From the NCBI RefSeq assembly GCF_006345805.1, contig NC_043011.1, positions 12,090,001 through 12,154,000 on the forward strand: a stretch of DNA of 64,000 bases. Direction: 5' to 3'. Shown piece by piece: positions 13,801 through 29,525 of the stretch. A program made the translations under genes and the position numbers. The notes under the pieces are model-generated. The model saw only the letters and a list, made by a program, of their open reading frames with translations. It did no database searches and was not told the DNA's origin. The stretch's first letter is position 1, and each line of letters begins with the position of its first letter. The DNA is from Octopus sinensis (lineage: Eukaryota).

Positions 13801-16800
13801 AGTTACTGTTTACATCTCGTTCAGAGATTTATTATTGCAATAAATATATTCGTTATTGTAAATTGTGATTGAATATTCTTCCCTGTTTTTACACACAGAC
13901 ATGCATATTTGTTAATTTAGTGCCCATTTTTCCAGGTTTAACATAGATTTGAGACAAGATTATATGGACAATTGTTCTTCCTGCCACCAATATTTGCTTG
14001 TTTTTGAGTAAAAAAATTTATATTCTAATGATCTGCAAACGCACAGATTGACCAGTCATAATCACTACTACTTTACTCAGTGACAAGTGTGGAATATCAA
14101 CAGTCATGTGCATTTCCAAACATACCTCCTATAGCACCAGGCCAACCAAAGTCTTGTGAGTGCATTTGGCAGACAGAAACTGAAAGAAGCCTATCATAAG
14201 TGTGTGCGTGTATTTGTGTCCCCTTGTTTTAACAGTGCATGCTGCATCGTGTCACATGCAGTGTTGTTCATTTGCATTCTTCTGTGTAAACATAGCCAAC
14301 CATTTTCCTGTTCCTGTTGCAACGACTAGGAGAACTATTATTTTGCTTGAAAACAGGTAAGGTTTAGTGACACAATTCTTATCTGTTTCCAGCTTATACG
14401 AAGAGCATCTGACCATAGAAAAACTGCCTCAGTGAATTACATCTTTTCCATGCAGAAATGGCAAAGTGAACATAAAAATGATGATGATATCATCATCATC
14501 ATCATCATTTAGCGCCCGCTTTCCATGCTAGCATGGGTTGGACGGTTCAACTGGGGTCTGGGAAGCCAGAAGGCTGCACCAGGCCCAGTCTGATCTGGTA
14601 ATGTTTCTACGGCTGGATGCCCTTCCTAACACCAACCACTCCGTGAGTGTAGTGGGTGCTTTTTATGTGCCACTGGCACAGGTGCGAGACAGGGCTGGCA
14701 AACGGCCACGGTCGGATGGTGCTTTTTATGTGCCACCAGCACGGAGGCCAGGCAAGGCTATATATATATATATATATATATAAAGAATTAATTAAAATAT
14801 CATACTGCTTGTGCCCCAATATGAAGAACATTTTAACTCATAAAAATCACTAAGAGCCCACTCCAAGTTGTAACTGTCAAGACTCTGAAGCTTGCCCACT
14901 TGACCAGACATGTATGGTAAACTCTGTGATATATGAGGCATAAATAACAGCAACACTTCAAGATAAATCAATAGTAAAAGAATTGCGTGCATGTATGTGT
15001 GTGTGTAAGGCAGCGAGCTGGCAGAAACGTTAGCATGCCGGGCGAAATGCGTAGCCGTATTTCGTCTGCTGTTACGATCTGGGTTCAAATTCTGCCAAGG
15101 TCGACTTTGCCTTTCATCCTTTCGGGGGTCGATTAAATAAGTACCAGTTACGCACTGGGGGTCGATGTAATCGACTTAATCCGTTTGTTTGTCCTCTCTG
15201 TGTTTAGTCCTTTGTGTGCAGTAAAGAAATAGTATGTGTGTGTGTGTGCGTATGTATGTCAGTCAGTCATCATCATCATCATGTAAAATCCGTTGTCCAT
15301 GCTGGCATAGGCTAGACTGTCTGACCAGGGCTGGTAAGCTGGAAGGCTGTACCAGACTCCTGTCTGATTTGGCATGGTTTCTATGGCTGGATGCCCTTCC
15401 TAATGTCAACCATGATTGCACGTGCAAGAACCACCTTGAAGAACCAAATAGTAAAATTTAACAAGAAACTATACATGCAGGTTCAAGGTGCAGCCATCAG
15501 TGTCAGTGTAGCTGGAGATATAGCTAGCCTCTTCATGACCTGGTGGGACAGGAATCTTAAACCATCCTTAGCAGAACAATCTACAACTCTTCTACACTAC
15601 AGTGAGTATGTAGATGACATTAATATCATAGTTAAGACCAACACTAGTAATGGTAGTATAGAAACTGAGAGGAATATAATGGAGAGCATCCAGCGAGTAG
15701 CTAACTCCATCCACCAAAGTATCAGGGTAACTATAGATTACCCCACTAGGCACCCCAACAATAGACTCCCTGTCCTTGATACTGAACATTGATTAGAGAC
15801 TGTGAACAGAGTCCACTCCTATTACATGAAACCCATAGCTTTGAAATATGTTGTTCACAAGAACTCAGCTTTGTCACACAACATGAAAATTAACATACTT
15901 AGGATAATGAACAACATGTCCCCGCTATGCAAACCCTATGAAACAAAGAAACATTTACAGAACTTCATGCACTGCATACAATTCTCTGGATATGATCAAA
16001 AAGATAGGGTTCGAGTATACAGGAGTGCTAGAAAGAAGTTAGATAACATTATATGAAATGATACCAGTGGTACCTGCTCTAGATATAGAAACAAAGAATG
16101 GAATAGAATACAAAGAGCTTGTGACAATGCAAGCAGAGTGAACACATGGTACAGAACTGACAAATATCAAGGAGTGATGTTTGTAGAGTCCACAGCCCAT
16201 GGAGAACTATCTTGTAGATTTAGGAAAGCTCTGAAGGAGACCAAACTCAACATTAAGATTGTTGAAAAGCCAGAGAACTCCATCAGATCACAACTATGTA
16301 GGAGGTACCTCTTTGAGAATACCATATGCACCAATGATAACTGCATGGGACATAGGATTAGCTTTGGCATTAACTGTAGAACTAAAAATGTAGTTTTTTT
16401 AGCATAAGATGCATAGAAGGTGCTTGTGAAGACAAGAACATTACATACATAGGGGAGACATCTAGGAGCATTGCGGAACGATTAAATGAACATTTGAGAC
16501 AATATAATGACAAAAAACAGTCCTCCATACTCTGCCAACATGCCAAGGACCAACATAGAGGCAACTTTGGTCAACTTAACATCCACATTTTATACAAGCA
16601 CCCAAAGGACCCAATACTCAGACAAATACAGGAGTATGTCCTCATGAATGAAATGTCCCCAGTACTAAATAGGAAATATACGTAGTAGATTGGAAGGTGC
16701 CTTCCTATTATAAAAATAAAAATATAAAAGAAAGTTTTTGACCAGTTTATAACTACATAACTTCAAATATAATTTAAAATATAATTTGATTTTGTATTAT

Positions 16801-19800
16801 GAACTATATTTGGATTACCAGATAATATAATGAATTTTATACAAAAGTATTATGATGGCTACAGAGGAATTACTAAGAAGACATATGAATTTCAAGATTC
16901 TCATACCAAAGTATATATAAATTTCACATTTCTAAACTAACTGTATGAACTATATTTGGAATACAAGATAATATAATGGATTTTACGTATGAATATTATG
17001 GATTATTGCAGAAGAATAACCAAGGAAGTATATATGGATTTAAAGACTCTCATCAAAAGTAGTAATTCTTAAATTTTAACTTATATTTCAAACAAACACC
17101 ATTTTACAGTTTTACTTCAAATTTAAAAGAAAAAAACTATCATTCGATATGTTTTATAAAATTCATATTTTATATCTCTGAAGAGCAGAAGCGTTGTCTA
17201 TAAATGCTTATCAAGATAGGATTTCATTATAGGGACAACTCTTCTGTGAAACGATCATAAGATGCTTAATTCATAACTTTTAATGTCTCATATATATTTA
17301 TACATTGTGTTTATACTTATACATATTTGCATGTATTTTTATATATATTTATATTTATTTATTTATGGATTTTTAATACAACTATTTTTGCATGGGTATA
17401 TCTTTATGAGGAGTTTTAGTATTGGTTTCCTTATATTAATAATAATAATATATTATTAAAAAATATATATGTATATATCGCTCATATTAAATATATAAAT
17501 ACTTTAATAGTATTAATACTTTGATACAATTGAGCACTCATTATAAATTCAGTATATAATATTCTCATTGAATATATTTAACTAAAGATTTATATTAATA
17601 TATATATGTATGCATGTATAGATATGTATGTATGTGTGTACATATCATCATTGTTTAACCTCCTCTTTCCATGGGTTGGATGGTTTGACTGAGGACTGGC
17701 AAGCCAGGAGACTGCGCCAGGCTTCAGTCCAATCTGGCAAGGTTTCTACAATTGGATACCCTTCCTGACACCAACCACTCTGAGAATGTAGTAGGTGCTT
17801 TTTATATGCCACTGGCATGGGGCAAGTCAGGCAGTACTGGCATCAGTCACAGCTACAATTCCATCTAGCTTGCTGGATCCCCTCAAGTATGATGTATATA
17901 TATATATAAATTAGAAAAACACCTTTTATCAATTCAAAATTAAATTACACCATCTAGAAAATTACATATAATAGAAAGATTAAATATATGATAAAAAATA
18001 TAATGATGATTAAATAATGTGCAAAATAATAAATAAAACGTAAATATTTGGTAGAATAACGACACGTGTTTCGTGGCTATATTTAAGAAATGATTATAGT
18101 AAAAATATTAGTAGTAGTAATAAAATCACTTCATTATAAATATAGCCACTCATCAGGTTAAAGACAACTACAATAATAAAATAATTAATTAATAAATATA
18201 CGTAAATAATCTTTTAAAAAATAAATATATTCTTTAAAATATATATATATATATATATCACGTGACCGACCAGACCATCAGATGTTGTTACACATCACTG
18301 GTCACAATGCGTTTGCATTGTTTTAGGTTTCGAATGACGCCACCCCGTGAAAACTAAATACAACACTTTAAACTATGTACATTAAATCAAATTATTAATT
18401 AATATATTTATTTAATAAACATCCAGATAAAGTCTAATACCCATTAAGCAATTAATGCTAAAAACCTTAATATTAATTAATATATACAATGCTAGTACAA
18501 GCCATAAATACTGGAATCAAAAACAAGAAATGGTTCAAATATTGACACACCTATTGTATAAACTAACTATATAATTAATATATATGTAGTATCTATAGAT
18601 TTCATATATCACTCAATAATATAGTTGACCAAAATATCACTAAAAATAGGTCTTAGTGTTTATGAAAATTAAGCACGTGAAGACTTAGTGTAAAGAAATA
18701 GAATAAATTATCAATGGAAATGGCGAAAACTATTTACTAATGAAAAGTACGAAAAACATCTAAGCCTCATGAATTAAAGAAAGGTGCAAAAATGGTAGAA
18801 CAAATAAGACATTCAACTACAACTGACAGTCCACTACCAATCCAGTTAATAACAATAATAATAATAACAACAATCAAACCCAATATAATACAAAATTCAA
18901 ACAATATTGATAAATAAACAATGTTACTAAGCTTGTTGATTAAAATAATGTAACTGAATTTTAAATGCATGAAAATAGATCTTAGCATCTTAATTAATAT
19001 ACCCAATGCTAGTACAAGTCACAAATACTGGAATCAAAAACAGGAAATGGTTCAAATATGCACAAACCCATTATATAAACTAACTATATTATTAATATGT
19101 ATGTAGCATCTATAGATTTAATATTTCACTCAGTAATATAGTTGACCAAAATATTAATTAATATAAAAACTAATATACTTAAATGTAATACTACGTGATA
19201 AAAATACCACCTAATTATTAAATAATGTATATTCTAACAAAACTAATTCTCAAATTAAATTATATGTAATACGTTAAATCCCTTTATAAAAATAATACTA
19301 AATCATATTAAATAAATAGATATCATAACAAATAACGATCGTAACTAATAACTATCAAGAAACCATAAATAAAAATAATAATATTTCGACAACAACAACA
19401 ACAACAACAATAATAACAACAATAATAATAATAATCATCAAACCCAAAACAATTCAAAATCCAAATAATATAGATAAGCAAAAAACGTTACTTAGCTTGT
19501 CGATGGAAAAAATATAACTGAATTTTAAACGTAAAAAAATATATAGGTCTTAGTGTTTAGAAAAATTAAACGCGTGAAGACTTTGTGTAAACAAATAGAA
19601 TAAATTATCAATGAAAATGGCGAAAACTATTTATCAATGAAAAATACGAAAAACATCTAAGCCTCATGAACTAAAGAAAGGTGAGAAAAAAAAGTACAAC
19701 AAATGAACAATCTACTATGAAGACACTCGACTACAATTGACAGTCCACTATTAATTAATTCAATAACAATAACAACAACAACAATCAATCCCAATACAAT

Positions 19801-22800
19801 ACAAAATCCAAACATTGTTGATAAACAAACAACGTTACTTAGCTTGTTGGGAATATAATATAACCGCATGCATATATATATACATATGTATACATACAAA
19901 ATATGGGGGTTTAGTTCACAGGTTATCTAGATGACTAGGCACACTAGGTAAGTGCTGTAACAGATTACTAGGACTCCAAGGTAATGGCCAAGATGGTAGT
20001 TATGAAGCCATTGCAGATTTCCGATATAGTGGATCTATAATGGTTAAAGAGGATAACAAACGTTAAGGCAAAAAAAATTCAGTCTTACAGCTGTCTCTGG
20101 GATATCCCAGAGTATGGGATATTCTGCACAAAGTGCAGGCAATCATAGCTTCCAGAATCCAATTGAACAACTTTGTCTCACACAAAAAACTTTCAATGTC
20201 ACAAAAAACTGGGTGTACAACTATCTCTGATTATAAAGGTTTGCTAAGGTTTAGCCAATTTGTTAGAATTTCACTGTTTGGCTATTAACACCTAACTTCC
20301 CCATTTTAACAATGGACTTCATCCCAACCTTACAGTGCAGCATGCAAAACTGTGTTTACCTGATATGATAAAACGTTTTTATCGTTTTTATAATTTCCTA
20401 ACTATATGCATGCATGTATGGGCATGTGTGTATATATATTATGTATGTATGTATATATGTATATATCTATGTAAAATACAAAAAAAGGTATTTGAATTTA
20501 ACCATTGTCTATGAAAATAGTGGCAAATATATGTGTAGATGGATAAGCATATGTATGTGTATACTTTAAGATTTTATGTATATATGTGTGTGTATACATG
20601 TTTATATGATTGTGTGTGCTTGTACATATGTACATGTAGGTTTATAATTACATGTATGTATCTAAGACATTGTATCCATTCACTTTTAGATGCTGGTGAG
20701 AGGGACATAAGACCTGGCAACTAAAATGAGATTACAGCCATGTATGTCCAGCCCTGTTAAGAATACACCTGATGTGTTGGGCAATATGATATGCTTGAGA
20801 AGACCTGTTGAGTCTATTATAACCAATGTCGTATTATAACCATGCCGGTAGTACATAAAAAGCACCATCCGAACGTGGTCGATGCCAGGTCCACTTGACT
20901 GGCTCCCATGTTGGTGGCACATAAAAAGCACCAACCGAATGTGTCCGATGCCAGTACCCCCAGACTGGCTCCTGTGCCGGTGGCACATAAAAAGCACCAT
21001 CCAAACATGATTGTTGCCAGGCTTGCCTGATTGGTTCTTGTGCTGGTGGCATCTAAAAAGCACCCACTACACTCTCGGAGTAGTTGGCATTAGGAAGGGC
21101 CTCCAGCTGTAGAAACATTGCCAGATCAGATTGGAGCGTGGTGTAGCCACTGGCTCTCCAGGCCTCAGTCAACTGTCCAACCAATGCCACCATGGAAAAC
21201 GGATGTTAAATGATAATGATGATGTATGTATCAAAATAAGCAGCAGGGTATCAAGTAGTGATGCAGTATGACTGTTTCAAGTGGCTCCATTTAATTGAAC
21301 AATGCAATCATTACATCAATTTAAATGCTGTGCTATCTTCAGCTGCATGAAAAATATATGGGGTTTCAACAGGTAGGATACATTAATATAATTTTTCTTA
21401 AATATTTTAACAGAGTAAGAAGATGGAAGAAATTCATGTTGTGGCTATTGTAGCAAAATGGCTAATAAAAAACAGACTGCAATTCCTTAAAATAACATGG
21501 AGCATAGTGGGATCATAGGGTTGTAATTCTGTTCCAATTTATTTATCTCTTTATCATCTACTGAAATCTGAGATTAGAAGACTGTGTATAGTTAGAATAA
21601 AGAACAAGAGTGATTTGACAGCCCATGGCTGGCTGTTGTTCATAAATATCATAGGTATCCCTCTTCCACCAAGAGAAAAAGAAACAAAACTTTAGGAAGA
21701 GTCAATTAGATAGAAGTAACTGTCTTTAAAAAAGAGGTAGGGTAGGGATAGACTTTAAATCATGATGTTAATTACCAGTTAAGGGGCAAGACACTAAGAA
21801 AAACTTAAGATGCAGATACAGGGAAAATATTATTAGGGGCACAAATGGGGGAACATTTAAAAGCAATATTGTTATGTTGCATAAAATTCAAGAACTCCAG
21901 AACGTGATATAACCAAAATAGCTAAAATGTATGTATGTATCAATTATGAACATCCAGAAGGAAGATTACTATTATGTAGAATCAGTTTAATGCCTCTTCT
22001 TTACTTAATAAATTAATTATTAGGTGATTTCTATAAAGACTGCTCAAGCCAAGGAATCAGAAGCGGGATAATAAGATAATGGTAATACACAGACATAATT
22101 AATTATAAGGCATAAAATATAAATATACTCAAAAATAAGTACTGATATAAGTAGGTGTAAAGTGTAAAAATAATGCATACAGATACATATACAATGAGGT
22201 TTATATATATATATATATCATCATAGATATAGGGTAAAAAATTATTAATTTATAATTAATAAATTTCACCAAGTAGTTTCAGTATGGAAAAGAACCATAT
22301 TCAGTAAAAACTTATACAAGAAGTTTTATATATAATTCTAACAATAATTAAGGGTTTAGCAACAAGTTGCTTAACAACATACCGAAAAATTTAGAAATAG
22401 CAGCCAAAAGACCGTTATTTCTATTCGCTACAAAATATGACTCCACAGATAACACTATCTGTAACTCACAGATAACACTATCTGTAACTCCACAGATAAC
22501 ACTATCTGTAACAGGCAAAAAGAAGGAAAATAATGAAATCAAACAGTCTTTGGTTAATTATGGACGCGTTTCTTGATTAGAATTACAAAAATTCATTTCC
22601 TTTGTCAACATAATATTCTGAGAATTAAAAATTTGAAAATGCTAGAAAACTTACCCATTGCATTTCCGACCAAGCGCCATCAGAACATCACACAAGGCAG
22701 TTAGCATATCCGAATTTATATAGACGAGTGAAATTCATATTTCCCCCCAATTTTTACCATGTGCGTCATGAGACAGTACTGCAGAAAATAGGTCTGCAGT

Positions 22801-23578
22801 TTTTTATTATCTGGGAGTAAAATAATCATTATAGATATAGGGTAAAAAATTTTCAATTTATAATTAATAAATTTCACCAAGTAGTTTCAGTATGGAGAAG
22901 AACCATATTCGGTAAAAACTTATACAAGAAGTTTTTTATATAATTATAACAATAATTAAGGGTTTAGCAACAAGTTGCTTAACCACATACTGAAAATTTA
23001 GAAATAGCAGCCAAAAGACCGTTATTTCTATTTAGTTATATCGGATACGACACCAAAATTAATTCCCACCATCAAAGTTTAAATATGATAACTGTAATAT
23101 TGTTAGTTTCGAAAATACTTAAATGTGCAGGTGATGCTATGCATGCATGATACCCTTAGGTCTAATCTATTATTAATCAGGTGGTCCTTGTCCCTGTACT
23201 TAAAAATTTCATAAATTTCCATAGAGCAAAGCTCATACCCATGTAAACTATCTTTGTAAGGCTGTGCCCTTCATATTATGTCCCATTTAAGGCTAAATCC
23301 AGTCCCGCTTTCTTTAAGTTCCCAGATAAAGGCGTACTATTAGCGTTATGTCAAATTCTGAATGATGAAAAATAGTTATTTATATGTTTTTTCACATTTA
23401 TCTTACATCCAATATATAGAAAGTTGCTGGCTTCAGTCACAATTGTACATCTATAAAATACATTTTGCATTAAACATCGACCTAATAACAGACAGTGGGA
23501 TTTAACTCTACAGTTGCAACCGGGAGCATTACTACTATTAATATTATTGATATTCCTATCATTGTTATTATTATTATC

Positions 23579-23609
<31 letters not shown>

Positions 23610-25732
23610 CTACTACTACTTCTATAATTATTATCAGCATTTTTATTACCGTTATTATTTATACTCCCTTCAATTATAGTATTATTTAAATTCCTTTCAG
23701 CATCATCGGGTATTGCATGAGTAATCCCTGTGCTAGTATAAACATCAGAGTCACAGTTTGTATTATACATATTAGATGTGTTAATTCTGTTGTTCCTAAT
23801 TCCTACGTTTCCATTATTATTATCATCATTGTAGGGGTTTGAGTCAGTATAGACAATACTAATATTATTATTAATTTCTCTTGCTAATTTTATATTGTTT
23901 CTATTAAACCTGGCTATGATGGTACCTATATTGGGGAGGGTAGAATAGGAAAATCTAATTGTATTACCGGAAAATATTCTATTATATCTATGGGATGCAG
24001 GGAAGCTTTTATCTAAAATTGCCATAAATTTCTTCTTTATGCTGGTGGATATAGCACAGTTGAAGGGAGCATTATACCAGACTATATTACTCTTTCCAGA
24101 CCTCTTAGGTATATGAGGGTGGAATCTATCTACTCTTCTACTGCCTTCTAAGCTCACGACTTGATTATTAGGTATGGCTTTACTATTGGTATTTATCTTA
24201 TAATTAGAGGGTGGTATAATCCGCTCAATTGTCTCATTACAATTATTATATAAACTATTAGTCTTACTGGTTTTAGAATCTAATTTCCTATTGTTACTTA
24301 TCTTATTTTTTGAATTAATAGGTTTGTTGGATGCTTTCACAGTAGGTCTGTTTTCCTGACCAGGTAGGCTTTTATTCTCACTCACACTTAAATTCTCATT
24401 ATTTATATTATTAGTAGGTGTTATACCTTCTGGATTAAGAAAAGTAATCTCCTGGTTATATCCTGTCTTAGACAGAGCAAGGTTGTAGTGGTGGGAGTGA
24501 GTATTAAAAATAATCTTTATTAGCTGATAATTTTGTAATTCTTTTAGAAATACTTTTGGCTACTGATTTTAATATATTAGGTGATTTGAGGATTTATTCA
24601 CATACCTCACAACTTCACCCAGTTTCCTATAGGTGTAGTACACTCCTGAGTTAATGTCCAAAGTAATGTCCAAGAAATTAGCCACCTTTTTGAGTCCTAA
24701 GTTGAAACTTTTGAAGAATTTTCTAATCTTTTTCCTCATTCTTTCTATGACTGATTTATTGTTGCTAGGGACAATGAATATAGCATCATCTCTATATAGA
24801 CCTGCCTGCAATTCAGGGATTTCACTATTAAGGCACATTAAGAGATACCCACCAACTAGATCAGTAATTTCAGCCAAGTCACTCGAGCCCAAAGCAATAT
24901 TGAAATTATCAGAGGTGTCGGACCTCATCCATAGCTTACCCTCAAATTCTATGATGGTTTTTCTAGCTAAAAGAATGTCAGTTTTATCCTTAGTTATGAG
25001 AGAGAAGTTTTTTGCGGAAATTAGGGATTTGTTAGCATTGGTCTGTTTAATAGCAGCCAACATCTTGTTTGAAGTATTCTCTTACTAAACCTCATGACAT
25101 TGCTTCAAATAAATCTTGATTTATGAATATGCCATTTAGAATGTCTACTCCACCAACTCTACTCTACCCCAGACAGATACTACCCTCTGTCTTCTCTCAG
25201 ATTTGATAAACTAGTCTATAAAATAGAACTGCCCCCCCCCCCCCCCCCCCCGTAATTAAAACTAAATAACAGAAAAATCAGTGAAAACATTGTCTTGAAA
25301 AAAAATTTCAGTTAGAACTGTGATGTTATTGGTAAAACATGTTCTTTGTCTATCTCCTTATCCTCTTGGAGATTTGGGGTAAAATTATACTAATGTGTCC
25401 TTCAAATTTAATTAAATTCTGTGTCTTTGTGCAGCTGAAGATTGCTCTACATTTTAAATTGATGTAATGAAATGATTGCATTGTTCAATTAAATGGAGTC
25501 GCATGAAATGATCGTACTGCATTATCTCTGGATATCCTTGTTGCTTATTTTGATTTTAATCACCTTATTTTGAAATTGTATGGATAAAACCACACTAAAT
25601 TCTGGTGCCTCAACTTAAGTACCATATTCATCTGAATCTAAATTTATGTACATATATATGTATATATAATATAAATAAAATATATAGATATGCATATATA
25701 TATATAATACATATATGTACATACATATATAT

Positions 25733-25800
<68 letters not shown>

Positions 25801-26176
25801 CAGAGGAACTCTTGAGAGTCAACGGCCATCCAATAAATGTCTTAAGGCTGTATCATGCACGGGGACATAGAAATAATTGAACTGAATACCCGATCGCGCG
25901 GTTAAACCATTGGGAGTGAAGGACTCCTAGCCTTTGTTAGGGCATCCTTCTAGGAGAAGGTAACTGGGATAACTCCGAAATAAAACCTACGGCTCAGTCG
26001 TTACCAATGATGTTGACTTGTACTTCTTTTCGGATTATGGTTGCTGTTGCTTAGTGAGTGGGATTGACACAGCCTTTCCTCACTTTAAAAAAAAATCTTC
26101 TTTCACAGACATTGCACGATAACAACATTGATTAAGCTTCGTGCAATGGCCATACTCGATAACGAGGGAGCAGCCA

Positions 26177-26213
<37 letters not shown>

Positions 26214-26879
26214 TATATATAATAGTTATCGCCATACTAATATGGCATTCTTATAAAAATAAGAATAAAGCTGTCCGCTTATTAGCTCCATGAGGCCATC
26301 GCCTTAAGTTAGCTATTTGATACACAAACTGTATCCATATAACCTTCGAACAAGGGAGGTCAGTCGCTCCACACTACTTGACCGACAGCTACAGACGCGT
26401 TTCGGGGTATTGCCCCTTTTCAATGTAGAGAGACTTAGTAATTTTAATATTTCTATTATTGAAAACAAGTGGATGTATTCCACCGAAACTAGGTAAATAA
26501 AACCTTCGAACAGAGATTGTCAGAAGCGACACCTACTGGTCTGACTACGCTACATTGAAAAGGGGCAATACCCCGAAACGCATCTGTAGCTGTCGGTCAA
26601 GTAGTGTGGAGCGACTGACCTCCCTTGTTCGAAGGTTATATGGATACAGTTTGTGTATCAAATAGCTAACTTAAGGCGATGGCCTCATGGAGCTAATAAG
26701 CGGACAGCTTTATTCTTATTTTTATAAGAATGCCATATTAGTATGGCGATAACTATTATTTTCCGGGAACGCTGCCGTGTTCTCTTTTAGAGAGACTTAG
26801 TAATTTTAATATTTCTATCATATATATATATATATATATATATACATGCATATATATATATATATATATATATGCATAT

Positions 26880-26921
<42 letters not shown>

Positions 26922-26964
26922 TATAATATATATATATATATATATATAGCATATATATATATGC

Positions 26965-27001
<37 letters not shown>

Positions 27002-27017
27002 ATAGCATATATATATA

Positions 27018-27100
<83 letters not shown>

Positions 27101-27192
27101 TATATATATGCATATATATATATATGCATATATATATATATATATAATATATATATTATATATATATATATAATATGCATATATATATATGC

Positions 27193-27230
<38 letters not shown>

Positions 27231-27245
27231 GCATATATATATTGC

Positions 27246-27282
<37 letters not shown>

Positions 27283-27429
27283 ATGCATATATATATATGC
27301 ATATATATATATATATATATATATATGCATATATATATATATATGCATATATATATAATATGCATATATATATATGCATATATATATATGCATATATATA
27401 TATATATATATATGCATATAATATATATA

Positions 27430-27463
<34 letters not shown>

Positions 27464-27734
27464 TATATATATATATATATATGCATATATATATATATAT
27501 ATATATGCATATATATATATATATATATATGCATATATATATATATATATATATGCATATATAATATATATATATATATGCATATATATATATTATATAT
27601 ATATGCATATATATATATATATATATGCATATATATATATATATATATATGCATATATATATTATATATGCATATATATATATATATATATGCATATATG
27701 CATATATATATATATATATATATGCATATATATA

Positions 27735-27825
<91 letters not shown>

Positions 27826-27888
27826 TATATATATTATATATATATATATATATATGCATATATATATTATAATATGCATATATATATA

Positions 27889-27924
<36 letters not shown>

Positions 27925-27943
27925 TATATATATATATATATAA

Positions 27944-27993
<50 letters not shown>

Positions 27994-28073
27994 TATATAT
28001 ATATATATGCATATATATATATATGCATATTATATATATGCATATATATATATATATGCATATATATATATGC

Positions 28074-28115
<42 letters not shown>

Positions 28116-28185
28116 GCATATATATATATATATATATGCATAATATATATATGCATATATATATATATATGCATATATATATATA

Positions 28186-28258
<73 letters not shown>

Positions 28259-28275
28259 TTATATATATATATATA

Positions 28276-28337
<62 letters not shown>

Positions 28338-28338
28338 G

Positions 28339-28381
<43 letters not shown>

Positions 28382-28397
28382 TATATATATATATTAT

Positions 28398-28429
<32 letters not shown>

Positions 28430-28665
28430 GCATATATAATATATATAATATATGCATATATATATATATGCATATAATATATATATATATATGCATATAT
28501 ATATATGCATATATATATATATATATATGCATATATATATATATGCTATATATATATATATATATATGCATATATATATATATAATATATATATAATATA
28601 TATATATGCATATATGCATTATATATGCATATATGCATATATATATATATGCATATATATATATA

Positions 28666-28733
<68 letters not shown>

Positions 28734-28896
28734 TATATGCATATATATATGCATATATGCATATATATATATATATATGCATATATATATATATGCATAT
28801 ATATATATATATATATATGCATATATATATATATGCATTATATATATATATATATGCATAATATATATATATATATATATATATATGCATATATGC

Positions 28897-28929
<33 letters not shown>

Positions 28930-28948
28930 CATACATTATATATATATA

Positions 28949-28995
<47 letters not shown>

Positions 28996-29014
28996 GTATA
29001 TATATTATATATAA

Positions 29015-29058
<44 letters not shown>

Positions 29059-29060
29059 TA

Positions 29061-29112
<52 letters not shown>

Positions 29113-29125
29113 CATATATATATGC

Positions 29126-29157
<32 letters not shown>

Positions 29158-29184
29158 ATATATATGCATATATATATATATATA

Positions 29185-29238
<54 letters not shown>

Positions 29239-29415
29239 GCATATATATATATATATATATATGCATATACATATATATATATATTATATAATATATACAT
29301 TATATATAATATATATGCATATATATTATATATATATATATATGCATATATATATATATATATATATATATGCATTATTATATATATATATATGCATATA
29401 TATTATATATACATA

Positions 29416-29450
<35 letters not shown>

Positions 29451-29452
29451 AC

Positions 29453-29493
<41 letters not shown>

Positions 29494-29525
29494 CATATAT
29501 ATATATATACTATATATATATATAC

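Noticed and set aside
17170-17260. CTGAAGA-GCA...TGC downstream of the + strand Penelope-like ORF
   Set aside because: No GAAA after helix II; cannot be folded as a hammerhead
22270-22320. Hammerhead-like hairpin ctgaatatgg...ccatactgaaac on the minus strand in the duplicated pLTR (also ~22870-22920)
   Set aside because: Core incomplete and no valid NUH triplet or helix III; at best a heavily decayed motif
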